From a virus: a stretch of DNA of 64,000 nt. The position numbers and the translations under genes were made by a program. Where the stretch lies: positions 288,001-352,000 of IMG/VR virus record IMGVR_UViG_3300031992_000005; one strand, 5' to 3'. The notes beneath the pieces are model-generated. The model saw nothing but the letters and a program-made list of their open reading frames with translations. It was not told the DNA's origin and made no database searches. This document shows, piece after piece, positions 17,369-29,300 of the stretch. Position 1 is the stretch's first letter. The number at the start of each line of letters is the position of its first letter.

Positions 17369-17695
17369 ATGAAATACTTACTCAGTACTGGAAGAAGTAC
17401 TACAAAAATAGAAAAATACATCCTAGACTTAATTAGACTACACATGAGTATTCAGCCAGGAGATATTCCTTTTTCTGATGCAGGTTTCAATTTTATTCTA
17501 ACCGACGTTAAGAAAGATCAAGCTGCCAGAGAAATTAAGTCTAGGATAACTAGTCTCATTGAAAGAATAGGCTCTAGATTCAAGGGAATTAGTATTAATT
17601 TAACCAACTTAGCCATAGTGGATGAGACTAGGGCTGAAGTTACAATAAGTATTGATGATTACAGTGATACTTATTCAATTAACTTATATGATTAA
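17369..17695 (+). CDS. Baseplate wedge protein, gpW / T4 gp25-like
   Basis: 108-aa ORF of the size typical for the family. IEKYILDLIRLHMSIQPGDIPFSDAGFNF fits the gp25-like N-terminal pattern. Followed by a J-like gene with a TAATG overlap. Confidence 0.6.
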   Translation: MKYLLSTGRSTTKIEKYILDLIRLHMSIQPGDIPFSDAGFNFILTDVKKDQAAREIKSRITSLIERIGSRFKGISINLTNLAIVDETRAEVTISIDDYSDTYSINLYD

Positions 17696-19389
17696 TGAAA
17701 ACAATTCAAGATTACATAGACCGTTATAGCACTGTAGCAAAAAACCTTGGATATAAAGGAGATGGAGTAGATGTATTAATACAGTTATTGGCAAATGCAT
17801 CTTATATCAGTGAAGTAGAAAATATATCCTATGTAACGGAAGCTTCATTGGAGAAAGCCACTCTCCTTAATTCAAAGATTCAGCATTGTGTAGATAACAT
17901 GTATTCCGTATTTAGAGGTTCTTGTCCGAGAGTGGTTCTGAACATTAAGCCTACTAAATATATAGCCTTAAATCCATACGATCTCATCATTTCCTCTAAT
18001 AACTTCAATGTATATTATCTTGGTTATTTTACTGAAAAGCCAGATGAAGATAAAGAAGAAACTCCTGGACAAGGTGAAGAGACGGATAAAGGAGTTATCA
18101 ACGAAATTACAGATACGAGTGGAAATGTCATTGATATAACTAATGGAACTGAGACTACTCCAGATGAAGGAGAGGATGAGGAAGGAGATGATAGCAGTAC
18201 TACTTCAGATATCTCTGGTGTTTGGGTTTATAATAGAACATTCTACTGCGATCCTGCACTAACAGATAAAGATACTCAGGTTATTATAGGTTTTATAGCT
18301 CCAAAAAGAACAGGAGAGAACTTAACAATAGATACAACAATAGGTGAAACAAATACCTATTATGTAGATTGTCCTGTAAATAACCTAAGTGATGATATGT
18401 ATATTAAAATAGGTAATGAGATAGTACCTAGGACAAGAATTTTTGCAGAACATATTCTAAATACTGGTGGAAAGAAAAGAATTTTTGATCTAACTCTACC
18501 ATCATTTGGTTCAAGATTATATCTTGCAAATTTCTACAAAGATGCTCAAGGAAGAGATAGTAGAGCAGTAGAAGGTATTGATACGAATACAAAAGTATTT
18601 GCTCAATACTTTGGATATTCTACTCTGGATGAATATAATGAACCAGAACTGAAAAGAATTCAATTACGTGGTGCAGAATTAATGCCATTCAGTGAGGAAT
18701 TCTTGAGAGCAAATTGTTTAACTCAATTAAATACTGGAATTTGTTATATAGATGCTACTCCAAGAGATGGATTAAACACTATTCATTACAAGGCTAACAG
18801 AGATAGATATGTAAGTAGCATTATTAGAAGTAACTCTGATATTGGTGTTGTCCTAGAAGAATGCTACCCAGAAATTGTAAGAACAGGAGGTACAAATTAT
18901 CTATTTGTTGCTAGTAGTGCAGAATCTAGAAATAGCTCAGTTACTATATTTTATATACCAAAGGTTGATGAAATATACTTAACTTCTGATCAAATTAGAA
19001 AATTTGCTGAAGATTACAGAGCATACTACATTATCACTAGTACTATTACAGTAACACCTGGAGAGAAATACTATGCCTATTTCAATATAGACCTAGAACT
19101 ATTCCAATCACTAAGTTCTGATAATTTTGATCAAACTATTGGAGAAGATATCTTAAAAGTTTCTTACGGAGAGAAATTTAATGTTAAGTTCGATGAAAGT
19201 ACTTTAAAAGAGATAGAGTCTTTAATCAGTAAACTATCTAATGTTAAAAAAATATCTAGCCTATCTGTTACATTTACTGATAGTAGTGGTAGAACAGCAG
19301 ATGTGTCCAGTCTTGATCCAGGTAGAATATATTATATTATAAAATATTCGATCAGAACCACTGTATCTCAAACTATAAATAATATATGA
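17695..19389 (+). CDS. Baseplate wedge protein, gpJ / T4 gp6-like by position, with acidic insert
   Basis: 564-aa ORF immediately after the gp25-like gene. Has an acidic low-complexity insert (PDEDKEETPGQGEETD...EGEDEEGDD). Confidence 0.5.
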   Translation: MKTIQDYIDRYSTVAKNLGYKGDGVDVLIQLLANASYISEVENISYVTEASLEKATLLNSKIQHCVDNMYSVFRGSCPRVVLNIKPTKYIALNPYDLIISSNNFNVYYLGYFTEKPDEDKEETPGQGEETDKGVINEITDTSGNVIDITNGTETTPDEGEDEEGDDSSTTSDISGVWVYNRTFYCDPALTDKDTQVIIGFIAPKRTGENLTIDTTIGETNTYYVDCPVNNLSDDMYIKIGNEIVPRTRIFAEHILNTGGKKRIFDLTLPSFGSRLYLANFYKDAQGRDSRAVEGIDTNTKVFAQYFGYSTLDEYNEPELKRIQLRGAELMPFSEEFLRANCLTQLNTGICYIDATPRDGLNTIHYKANRDRYVSSIIRSNSDIGVVLEECYPEIVRTGGTNYLFVASSAESRNSSVTIFYIPKVDEIYLTSDQIRKFAEDYRAYYIITSTITVTPGEKYYAYFNIDLELFQSLSSDNFDQTIGEDILKVSYGEKFNVKFDESTLKEIESLISKLSNVKKISSLSVTFTDSSGRTADVSSLDPGRIYYIIKYSIRTTVSQTINNI

Positions 19390-20012
19390 ACATATTTATC
19401 CCGAAATATTTAAGAGAGCGAGTAAAAATAATAGACCAGCTCTATAATATGATTAGGGCATATTATGAAGAATATTCTCAAACAAAAGAGGAAGATAGTT
19501 TTGATCAATTTAGATTCAGTCGAAGAAATGACTACGTAGTTAGATTTCTGGATTATGTAATTCCAACAAAATACATAACAACTGAAGTTAATGGAGAAAC
19601 TATAACAGTAGAAGATAAGACTACTAGAGAAACAGCTCTAAATTATCTCAGCAAGTTATTTTATAGTGTAAAGGGAACTTATAAAGTATTAGATTATCTT
19701 ATTGACTATAATATCTTAAATGCTGATGAAAATTGGTGGAATCTGAATAGCCTCAATAACAATAAAGTAGATATTTCCTATACGGCCAGAAGTATTGACA
19801 TTAAAGTCGATAAATTACCTGACGGATTAGATAGAGAATTATACTGTGATTACTTAGAGAAATTCTTATGTGCTCTCTTATATTTTGAATTTCTAACGAT
19901 AAACATTGGCAAGATGAGTACCTCCATGTCAGAAAAAACAGAAGTTTATCTTAATAGAGGACAATCATTTTATCAAGCCTTTGAAATAAATGCAGAGGAG
20001 GTAGAATTATGA
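19386..20012 (+). CDS. Baseplate protein, gpI / Mu gp48 position
   Basis: 208-aa ORF. ATGA overlaps on both sides. Called by size and position only. Confidence 0.4.
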   Translation: MNIFIPKYLRERVKIIDQLYNMIRAYYEEYSQTKEEDSFDQFRFSRRNDYVVRFLDYVIPTKYITTEVNGETITVEDKTTRETALNYLSKLFYSVKGTYKVLDYLIDYNILNADENWWNLNSLNNNKVDISYTARSIDIKVDKLPDGLDRELYCDYLEKFLCALLYFEFLTINIGKMSTSMSEKTEVYLNRGQSFYQAFEINAEEVEL

Positions 20013-21856
20013 GAATAACCTATCCAGGAGCAACAAATAATATTCCTCGATTTACTACGTTAGATAAAGTAATTCTATCTGGAGGAGAAGGCTTAGATAA
20101 CTTAACTTTATACTACGGAAGTGATACTAGCCTCTTAGACTTAGATGACTTCAATGAATATGGTTGGGAATTCTTAGTAAAGAAATATAGATATAACTCT
20201 TTCTGTCCACTAGGTCTTTTAACTACTCATGACAAAAAAGAGGTCGTAGGTTATAAGTCAACCGATATAGAAAACGTTAGTAAATGCTTTTTCCCATCTT
20301 TAGTAGAAGAGGAAGATACAACAGAGGGGGATCTTATTCAGTATTTTGGAACATTATCAGTGGGAAGACAAAAACTCACTATGATAAGAATTCCTCCAGG
20401 ATACTCTAATGCTGACATTCAGGATACAACTGATGAAAATCCTAGTAAGATAAACATTGAGTTTGAGGATAATGAGATCAAGTATTATAAAATAATCTGG
20501 TTTATCCTGACCCCAGGTGAAAAAAATAGATTAGTTGATATTAACCTATCCTATATCTCCTGGGAAATTAGCAATAATCCTTTCAGAAATCAAGATAAGT
20601 ATCTTCTTAGAGAAGAAGACAAGTTTGATATTGTTCATAACATAGATGTTGTAGAGAATATTGGAACAGTTTCTAACCCTCATTGGTTAGACCAAAGCTC
20701 AGGTACTATAATAGGTAACAGAAATACCAGCTCTCACCCACTTTTAGATTTAATTTGTAATTATTATAGGAATAATACTGATTGGGACGAGAACGTTTCT
20801 TATAAACGAGGCCAAGTTTGTTCGTATAACAATAATACCTGGATATCCTTAGAAAACAATAATAGGGGAAATAATCCCATCTTCAGTAACTTATGGTCAT
20901 TAGAGAGCTTATTCTCCAAGGATTTTACAATATCTAGAGCAGTAGTTACTACTAGACTGGAAGTGGATAATGAAACCGTTGATTATGGAGAAGTTACACC
21001 TACTATCCTAATTGCTACAACTTCTATAGAAGAGTATGAGCTGACTATATACTGTAGAAATGGATACGTGCCCTCTACTATAGAGAACGATCAAACAAAG
21101 GAGGTGATTGATCTCACTGGAGGTGATCCTGATGGTACCTCTATGTATTATTGGGATGCTTATACATCAGGGAATGGATTTTGTAAAGTTATTATTCCTA
21201 CATCTTTTGTTGAACATGCAGAGGAAATTATAATAACTTATAAACAATTTGTAGCTGAATGTTTATCCTTCTATGAGAATACCAATACCAACACTACTAC
21301 AGTTAGAGGATATGATATTTTCCATATTGGGGACATAGTCACTTTAAATTTCAACCTGGATTCTGGGAAAATTATAAAGGATATCCTAGTTGAGTGTACG
21401 GTAAATCAGAATGTAATAAAAACAGAAGTATTGCCAGTACCCGATGAATCCTCTGATGAACCAAATAAATATACCTTAACAGACTTTGAGATTAAATATC
21501 CAGCAATTTATCGCATTACTTGTAGATATATTGAGTCTGAATATTATACATTTAAGGTTCTTGAACATGAGGGATTCTTTGTAGATAGTATGACAAAGAA
21601 GACGCCTATTAATAATGTAGAAGTAGTTACGTTTAGTTTCTATCCAGAGGATGGTAGGTTTAGTAACTTTACTATAAACATTAAAGAGGGAGATACGCCT
21701 TATGTTAATTGGCCAGTCGACAATGAACCTAATCCTGGTAGTGTACTCATTGATGACACAATTTCTCTGAAATATATAAAAGATAAATGTTTCCAATTAA
21801 TCTTTGGAGAACCGTCAAATAATTATACTATAACATTCAATAAAAATGATAATTAA
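20009..21856 (+). CDS. Tail fibre/baseplate-periphery protein with CBM5/12-like carbohydrate-binding motif
   Basis: 615-aa ORF. WDENVSYKRGQVCSYNNNTWISLENNNRGNNPIFSNLW resembles the W..Y..GD.V.Y.G..Y......G..P....W motif. Confidence 0.5.
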   Translation: MRITYPGATNNIPRFTTLDKVILSGGEGLDNLTLYYGSDTSLLDLDDFNEYGWEFLVKKYRYNSFCPLGLLTTHDKKEVVGYKSTDIENVSKCFFPSLVEEEDTTEGDLIQYFGTLSVGRQKLTMIRIPPGYSNADIQDTTDENPSKINIEFEDNEIKYYKIIWFILTPGEKNRLVDINLSYISWEISNNPFRNQDKYLLREEDKFDIVHNIDVVENIGTVSNPHWLDQSSGTIIGNRNTSSHPLLDLICNYYRNNTDWDENVSYKRGQVCSYNNNTWISLENNNRGNNPIFSNLWSLESLFSKDFTISRAVVTTRLEVDNETVDYGEVTPTILIATTSIEEYELTIYCRNGYVPSTIENDQTKEVIDLTGGDPDGTSMYYWDAYTSGNGFCKVIIPTSFVEHAEEIIITYKQFVAECLSFYENTNTNTTTVRGYDIFHIGDIVTLNFNLDSGKIIKDILVECTVNQNVIKTEVLPVPDESSDEPNKYTLTDFEIKYPAIYRITCRYIESEYYTFKVLEHEGFFVDSMTKKTPINNVEVVTFSFYPEDGRFSNFTINIKEGDTPYVNWPVDNEPNPGSVLIDDTISLKYIKDKCFQLIFGEPSNNYTITFNKNDN

Positions 21857-23624
21857 TGACAAGAGTAATAAGGGATTTTACCTTTACTCTGATGAAGTAC
21901 AATTTGAGAAAGGAGATTTTGTAGTATATGATGGGATTATATACATGCCCAAAGCTAATGTGATGGGAAAAAATCCTGTTGACTACAATGAACTCTATGA
22001 TATATACTTAGGAGAGAACATAGCTGACTTAGAAGGAAAAGACTTTGCATCCTATATAAAAGGTGCAGGTCCAGATAAATTAGTAACAGCATACTCCGTC
22101 GGTAAGATATTAAATTCCTTTATAACAGGTTTTGATGAAAAAGGAATCATAAATAATGAAATTACTGCAGATTCAGTTACTCACCTAAGAGATTATTTCG
22201 GAGAAGAGACCACTTTGCTGGCAAGAACTAATCCACTGGATGCTGTAATGGCTGCCCCAGAACTAAATAACTGCATCTTTAAAGTAGATAGACGTGTAGT
22301 TCAAGATTTGTTTGGGACATCACAATTACAATTCACTAGTAGCTATATTCTTCTTAAGCAGTACACTTACATGGATAGAGAAGCTTCTCCTACTGGTCCC
22401 GCCGAATATATCCGAGTACAAGAACTAGTAGATGAGGAAACAGGTCTTACTAAATGGAGATATTCAACAAGTTCGAATAACTACGATTCAAGTATAGACT
22501 GGAACAGTGTTAATGCTAATGAGAAAGTCCTAGAGACAATCGATGAAATTATTAACTATTATCGTAATAAGCTAATCTCTTTTGAGAAGGAAAAAGCTGC
22601 AATGAAGAGTAATTTCAGATTTGTGGAAGTTCCTTTTGAATATGATAATGCTAATGGTATACTTAATGTTGATCATAAAGCTTTTCCAGGACTATACAAT
22701 AAAACTTTTACTGGAATTGCAGAAAATTACCCAATAACCATTGCAGTCAGTTGTTCTGTTCGAGAGTCTGCAGTAAGAGAAATGGCATCACTTACTGTTA
22801 ACCTTGGGAGAATTATTCAGATGGGAATAGAAAGTACTGAGACCTATAAATTAACTAATACTTGTAGTTTAAGAATTACCTATAAGAGTTCAGTTATTGA
22901 ATTTGCTTCAATTGGAGATTGTAGAGTTGAAAATATATATGCTAGAGGCTATGTAGAAAGTTCTTTAAATGCTACGAATAGTAATTCAATACAGATCAAC
23001 TTAACTTGCTACGACACTGAAGAGGGTCAAAATACCTCTAACAGTTTAATGGGGCATACCTTTTTAATCCCTCTAGACTATGGTTCACTAGGTTTGGATG
23101 AAGATATCATAAGAAGTGGTACTTTGATATTCAAAGGAAGATTAAAGTATTTTAATGATTACTTTAATGATACCGGTTGGGGTGGAGTGGTTCAAACTTT
23201 CCAACTGTCAATACCAATATCTGATATATTTAGAGTCCCAGACGAGGCTACTTCGAATAGCCCATATATTCCAAACTCCGCCGATGGTAGTTTATCTGAT
23301 GGAAATATGACTTGGGTATCTATGATAAATGGAGGTAATAGATTTAATGCTATGGTATTTATTAGTAAAAGCCATGAAGATTCTAGATACGACCAATACT
23401 TAAAGGATGATGATACTGAATATATTTGTATAATACCTACTAAGTATAATCCATATGAACCTACTGATATAACTACTGCAGGTGATTATAGAGTTATACC
23501 AGGAGGATTTCAGATACCTGCAAATGCTAGTGACGTTAATTTGGCGCTAGAACGTGCAAATACAGAAAGAAGAACCATGACTTGTGAAATAAGTACAGAT
23601 CAAGTATATTGTTTACTATCATGA
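21846..23624 (+). CDS. Tail fibre/structural protein with N-terminal CBM5/12-like motif
   Basis: 592-aa ORF with FEKGDFVVYDGIIYMPKANVMGKNPVDYNELY near the N-terminus. Confidence 0.45.
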   Translation: MIINDKSNKGFYLYSDEVQFEKGDFVVYDGIIYMPKANVMGKNPVDYNELYDIYLGENIADLEGKDFASYIKGAGPDKLVTAYSVGKILNSFITGFDEKGIINNEITADSVTHLRDYFGEETTLLARTNPLDAVMAAPELNNCIFKVDRRVVQDLFGTSQLQFTSSYILLKQYTYMDREASPTGPAEYIRVQELVDEETGLTKWRYSTSSNNYDSSIDWNSVNANEKVLETIDEIINYYRNKLISFEKEKAAMKSNFRFVEVPFEYDNANGILNVDHKAFPGLYNKTFTGIAENYPITIAVSCSVRESAVREMASLTVNLGRIIQMGIESTETYKLTNTCSLRITYKSSVIEFASIGDCRVENIYARGYVESSLNATNSNSIQINLTCYDTEEGQNTSNSLMGHTFLIPLDYGSLGLDEDIIRSGTLIFKGRLKYFNDYFNDTGWGGVVQTFQLSIPISDIFRVPDEATSNSPYIPNSADGSLSDGNMTWVSMINGGNRFNAMVFISKSHEDSRYDQYLKDDDTEYICIIPTKYNPYEPTDITTAGDYRVIPGGFQIPANASDVNLALERANTERRTMTCEISTDQVYCLLS

Positions 23625-24475
23625 CAAAAAGACTTACAATAATATCTCAGGGCAAGAAGGATAGTGGCTTATACATTAATAATGGAAATATTTCTTATAT
23701 TTCAGATAATAAAGTAGTTACCCTCAATAACTACCCAAGTAATGAAAAGCCACTCTTCTTATCCGAACTTTCTAAGAGACTAAAATATAGAAATTGGTGT
23801 ATGCCAGAAACAAAGGCTGTAGGTCGAATCTTATCTCCGGCCACAAATGGAGGTGGAGGAAACGGAAGACGTCCATTTATGAAAATTACCTATGTATTAT
23901 CTATAATAAAAAATGGACTTTCTTACAATAAACTGGACACTACCAATAATGTAAAGAACCTCTCTTGGAACGAAGAGGAAGAGGAAATATTGAAAACACC
24001 AATAACAGACCTCTCAGAAGAATTTAGCTCAGGTGAAGAGCTAAAAAAATTATTAGAACTACAAAAAACTGTTCAGGAAATGAAAGAAACTGATGGTAAA
24101 ACCTTCTATAATTCCTCTAAGATTATAGTAGACTTTCTTAGTAAATCCATTTCTATTGACCTGATGACAGACGATTCATATACAAATACAGTAAGCCTAG
24201 TCCCTATTATAGAATACCAAAAGACTCCAGGTCTTACTGCAAAGGCAGATCTTAGCATAAAATACTCAAAGGGAAATGAAACATGTGCTAGTGACCTGAC
24301 ATTTGAGGCATTTAGATATATTGGCTCAACACTTAGTACAAAAAATTATGTTAGAGATATAAACTCTGAAGTACTGGTTGAGTATTTAGATGGAGTAATT
24401 AGGGTTATTCCAAAGTCCTCACAAATAAATGAATGTATTATTAGTAACTGTGTTGTAACATATGGCTGTCTCTAA
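23621..24475 (+). CDS. Structural-module protein, function unknown
   Basis: The ORF is open from 23609. The ATG at 23621 forms an ATGA overlap with the upstream stop (23622-23624) and is preferred. Confidence 0.6.
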   Translation: MTKRLTIISQGKKDSGLYINNGNISYISDNKVVTLNNYPSNEKPLFLSELSKRLKYRNWCMPETKAVGRILSPATNGGGGNGRRPFMKITYVLSIIKNGLSYNKLDTTNNVKNLSWNEEEEEILKTPITDLSEEFSSGEELKKLLELQKTVQEMKETDGKTFYNSSKIIVDFLSKSISIDLMTDDSYTNTVSLVPIIEYQKTPGLTAKADLSIKYSKGNETCASDLTFEAFRYIGSTLSTKNYVRDINSEVLVEYLDGVIRVIPKSSQINECIISNCVVTYGCL

Positions 24476-26393
24476 AGTAACTGAACTTCTAGGTACTAAG
24501 AGTCTCAGTAGTAGCGATAGGCTTTTTGTCTATAATTCAAAGGCATTTACTAATGAAGCTATCGTAGCTGCACTTGGTTTTAGTGAGAGTATAGGAAAAT
24601 TACTTTCCGAGGCTCCTACAACTAGTACAATAGATGACTTCTATGTTCTTCTAGAAGCTACTGGTGCATTTGAGACTCTAGAAAAAGAAGAAACTCCTGA
24701 AGGAGATTCTACAACTCCATCTCCCCTGTCATTTATATATAGAAATAATCCTCTTAGTGTAGTCAGTGGCTACGGATTTGATACTATTATCTACTTAAGA
24801 GGTCAACAAATTATTGGATTTACAGTTCTCCTAAACCCTGTTGGAGCAACTATAACAACTAAAGGACAATCTTATTACTCACTTAGTAAAGATTACACCA
24901 TAGATGAGGTTCATATAACAATATCTACTGATAAAAACAATGATATTGTAGAAATTGACTCTGAAAAACTTGTATTATATCATAAAGTAGAAAGCCAGGC
25001 TAGAATAACTAAACCCACTGGTTATGTTACTGACCCAACGTACGAAACTAGGAGAAGTAATTATAGAATTGGAGTAAATTCACTACTGAAAAGTACTTCG
25101 CCCCTAGAAGTATTTACTGATGCTAGTATGTTAAGGCATGATAAAAATGAATTTACTTTATCAAAACTAGAGATTATTCGTGGGATAACTCTAGATGAAA
25201 TGTATGAAGATTTTGTTAATAAGCAAGTTGGTTTATATAAAGGAGATATAGTATTGTATCTTTGGGAAAATAAAACTTCGACTAATAACAAAATAAACTA
25301 CACGATACTATCCCTTACTAAATCAATGGGGGAATTATCTGAAAATACTGCTTTAGATAATTCACCTATTACCTATACTTCTAGCCTAAAAGATCTGACC
25401 ACTGGAAAGTATGTATCTACCGACTGTATGTGTACTCTCCCTGAATTTGACTCCGAAGATCCTATCAAAAGATTAGTTGAATTCCAGGGACCTTATGCTA
25501 AAGTAGAATTAACCTCTGGAGAAACTAGGATTTTTGATATAACAAAACAAGGTTCTCCTAAGTATAGTGGTTTTAATTACGACAGAGGTTGGGTAATAAA
25601 AGAAAAAACTTTTACGGGTAGAATTATAACAGTTAGTTGGAATGATGTAGACAAAATCTGGGAAGATAGTAGTGATGCAGTAACTGGCAATTATTATGAA
25701 AATGTTGACTTAATTCCAGGTACAGCAACTTCTAGAATAAAAGAGTATAATGTAACTTTTTTAACAGACTTTGTCTTAGACAATAAAGGAAAGTTAATTA
25801 AAAACACTTCTTGGCAGTCAATGGATAAAGCAAGAGAAGATTTTCCTCAATTAACAAATTCCTATGCAGATCTAACAATCGCCTTAGGTAAGCACGAAGG
25901 TTCCAGGATCGTGCAAAGAATAGGCGATTGGATAAAAGTATATTTCTCTGATAATAAAACTTACCTATATACAAATATGAGAACTTGTGTTTTGGTTGGT
26001 AAGGAAGAAATAGAACCTATTGTCATCAATAGCAGTTCTTTAATGACTGTAGAGACATTAGATAGAGAAACTTATACATATACCCTTTGTAGAAATAAAG
26101 GAAATTTTATAACAAAAAACTTAGCAAAAAGATTATTCGGGTGGTCTAGTGAATCAAATATAACAATGAATAGTGACTTTATTCACGGCACCTGGGAAAT
26201 AATCAAACATGAAGACCTAATATTTACCATGAACACTGGTAATGTTTCAGATTCCCCATTTATCTTAGGGAAAGGGTTTTTAAATAGATATCGACGAAAC
26301 GTTATTCCAAGATCTCTAGAAAACTTAAAGATAATAGGAGCAGTTGAAGGTCTTATTTTTTATGAACAAGAAAATATAGTTAATCTCTTATGA
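24462..26393 (+). CDS. Structural-module protein, function unknown
   Basis: 643-aa ORF, overlap-coupled to both neighbours. Confidence 0.65.
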   Translation: MAVSKVTELLGTKSLSSSDRLFVYNSKAFTNEAIVAALGFSESIGKLLSEAPTTSTIDDFYVLLEATGAFETLEKEETPEGDSTTPSPLSFIYRNNPLSVVSGYGFDTIIYLRGQQIIGFTVLLNPVGATITTKGQSYYSLSKDYTIDEVHITISTDKNNDIVEIDSEKLVLYHKVESQARITKPTGYVTDPTYETRRSNYRIGVNSLLKSTSPLEVFTDASMLRHDKNEFTLSKLEIIRGITLDEMYEDFVNKQVGLYKGDIVLYLWENKTSTNNKINYTILSLTKSMGELSENTALDNSPITYTSSLKDLTTGKYVSTDCMCTLPEFDSEDPIKRLVEFQGPYAKVELTSGETRIFDITKQGSPKYSGFNYDRGWVIKEKTFTGRIITVSWNDVDKIWEDSSDAVTGNYYENVDLIPGTATSRIKEYNVTFLTDFVLDNKGKLIKNTSWQSMDKAREDFPQLTNSYADLTIALGKHEGSRIVQRIGDWIKVYFSDNKTYLYTNMRTCVLVGKEEIEPIVINSSSLMTVETLDRETYTYTLCRNKGNFITKNLAKRLFGWSSESNITMNSDFIHGTWEIIKHEDLIFTMNTGNVSDSPFILGKGFLNRYRRNVIPRSLENLKIIGAVEGLIFYEQENIVNLL

Positions 26394-29300
26394 TAGTAGA
26401 ATTTGAGAATAAATTTAAAGTTGAATTAAAAACACCCGGAAATTCTTTTAAGCTCTGTACTTATCGTCTAGGGTCTGGTAATGACATCTCTAACTATTTT
26501 CAGTTTGAGTCCTTATGGGATCCAGATACTAGGATTCTGAATATGGCTCTAGACTTAAGTTTCCTCAGAAAAGATTTAGTTACTGATATTGATAGAACCT
26601 CCGACCTAACTATAGCCGAAAGCTGTACATACATTGATGTCTATTATTCTGATTTAAATGATAATATCATTGGCCTAGCCTTTAAGTTAAAAGGGGATAA
26701 TGAGAATGATCCACTAAACTTATGCTCATTTGAAGCAGGAAGAGAAATAACTGACCCTACTTTCTGGAGGAACATGAACTATATTAACCTAAGACTTCCA
26801 AAGGATACTAAGGCTAATATAGAGACCCTTGAGATTAATGAGAATACTGATTTTCTGGAACAATTAACGTCAACTGAAGGAATCAATACCTTCCTCGTAG
26901 AAGGAAATAAAGAGAATGATACTATATTAACTAAGAACTCTTTTGCCAAACATGTTAGAAACACTATATCTAAAAATAACTTCTCCCCAATGTATTTAGA
27001 CTATTTCGGAGAAAAAGTTCTAGATATAGAAACATTCAAATACTATAAAAAGATAGTAATTACATGTGTAGGTCCAGCAAAAGTAGAAACTCTTGAAAAC
27101 GGTACAGTAACTTGTAGTGTTAATAATAGATCTTCTGTTGCAATTAAGGGTTACTGTTTATTCGATAAGTACCAAGTCATCAATGATGAATATACTCTGA
27201 TTGAAGAAAACTTGAGAGAAGATCTTAGTAAAACAACATTAGTTAGGTTAATCGGTGGAATAGAAACATCTGACAATGTTGGAATAGAAATAGATCAATC
27301 GGGGAAACAGATAAACATTGATGATGTAGATGGAGTTAATTCCGAGATAAATATTGCAGCAAAACTTACCTTCACCAATAAGTTAGGGGAAGAGAAAGAG
27401 GAGATTACTATAGTTTCAAACATAGTACAGATTAATCTATTCTTCTCTTGGTATATCGAATATTTTACTTCATATACTCAAAAGGATGATTCAGGAACAA
27501 GTCATCCAGTAATACTGTTCGACACCACAAAAGAAAATGCTGGCTGGACAGAAGGATATAGAAGTGACGCAGATGAAGAAAATACTCCAGGTACGATCTT
27601 AGTTTATTCTAGTAAAAGAATTCCAGAAACTGGCATTAACGTCACTGCGGATGAGGGTGGTAGCAAACAAGGTATATTCGAGAGTTACTTCAGTGTAGAA
27701 ATCGAAGATAGAGGTTTTAGTGAAGAAGCCGACAAGTTCATCTATGCAATAAAAATAAAAACTAAGCTAGAGAATACGGAGGATATTTGGTGCCCAATTG
27801 ACCCATCAACTAAAGAGTCTACTCTAATCTTAATGAATATCAATATTGGTGAGTCAATACAGGAAGGTGAAGTTTCTGCACAGTTCTATTGCGTTCAAAG
27901 AGTAATCTCTCCATTAACAATAGGTAGAGCTGAGGTTAAGATAAAAGAACAAGACAACAGTAGATCTTATACCTGGATAGAGAATGGAGTTACTGAACTA
28001 ACTTTCGAGAGTGGTCTTGGCTTAACTTCACTGGATGGTTTATTTGTTTGTAACCCTAAGATAGGATATGAGCTTTGGGAAGTTATTTTAGACGATGAAG
28101 CCACTAAGAATCTAATATCTTATAACGTAAAGAATAATATTGAGACCTTTGGTGCAACACCTAAGGAAGATAACGAAATATTCTTCTATTCAAGAAGAAA
28201 CTCCGAGCTTATTGAAAGAACATTAGGAACCATAACCTTTAAGAGAATTAATAACGAAACTAAAAGTTATGACAATAGCTATTGGCAGGATAGGATATAC
28301 GGAGATGAATCTAACTGCGCAACGATAACTTTAAAAAGAGACGCACTAGATTCTGACAGTCTTTGGAATGTTAGAAGTAGTACACCATACTCTTACTCTG
28401 ATCCATTAGAAGGAGTTTCCAGACGACTATATATTTTAAGTGATCAAGAAACTCAAAGTTTTACTATTGAGAGCTCTCAGAGTTTGCTCAATCACCTCAG
28501 TGTTACCCTATGTAATTATGTAGAAACTCCTCCTGAAGGTTCTGGAATATATGCGGAAACATCTGAAGAACGAGAGGGGTTAGTAACAGAATTTAATAAA
28601 TACTTTAGAGTAGGAGAAGCTAATAGTAATAACGGTAATGTAGGTATTAAATATTCTGCTGATACATTATCTGCCACTATTACATTAAAAGCTATTAACC
28701 AAGATGAATACGATTGGCAACCTAAATGTAATAATGGAAAACCAATCCGAGTAAAAATATCCTACGGTTCAGAAGATGAATCTGATCCTCTTCTCGGAAG
28801 AGCTGAAACTTTCTATGCTATCGTTAGACCATCTTTTGCAGGAACAGATATAACATTCAGAGATACTAATTGGACTGATGAAGAGTATCCTATAATGGAA
28901 GAGTATACTTTCCCAGAAACTGGAGGAAATTTGCCAACCTATGTAGTAGCTCCAGTGGAAAGTGGAAGCGTCGGCGTATTTGATCATTGGATCGTTCTAA
29001 AGAAGGATCCCGAAATAACAGTCAAGTTCCAAGGAAAACCAGATGAAGGATCTGTTAACTACTCTTGCCTTCTTATAACAAAAGCACAACAGTCAATTTG
29101 GCCAGCACTTGGTTTACTAACAGAAATTTCAACTAAATCTAAGTCAGAGGATTCACTTTCTAGAGATTTTGATGACTTAGTTATCAGAAGAGCTGCAGGT
29201 GATTATGATAACATAGTTGAGTTTTATAGTGATTGGTTAAATCAAGTTTGTGATCATAGTAGCTCAAGACTCAAGTTAAGCCTTGGAGGAGCCGCTGAAA

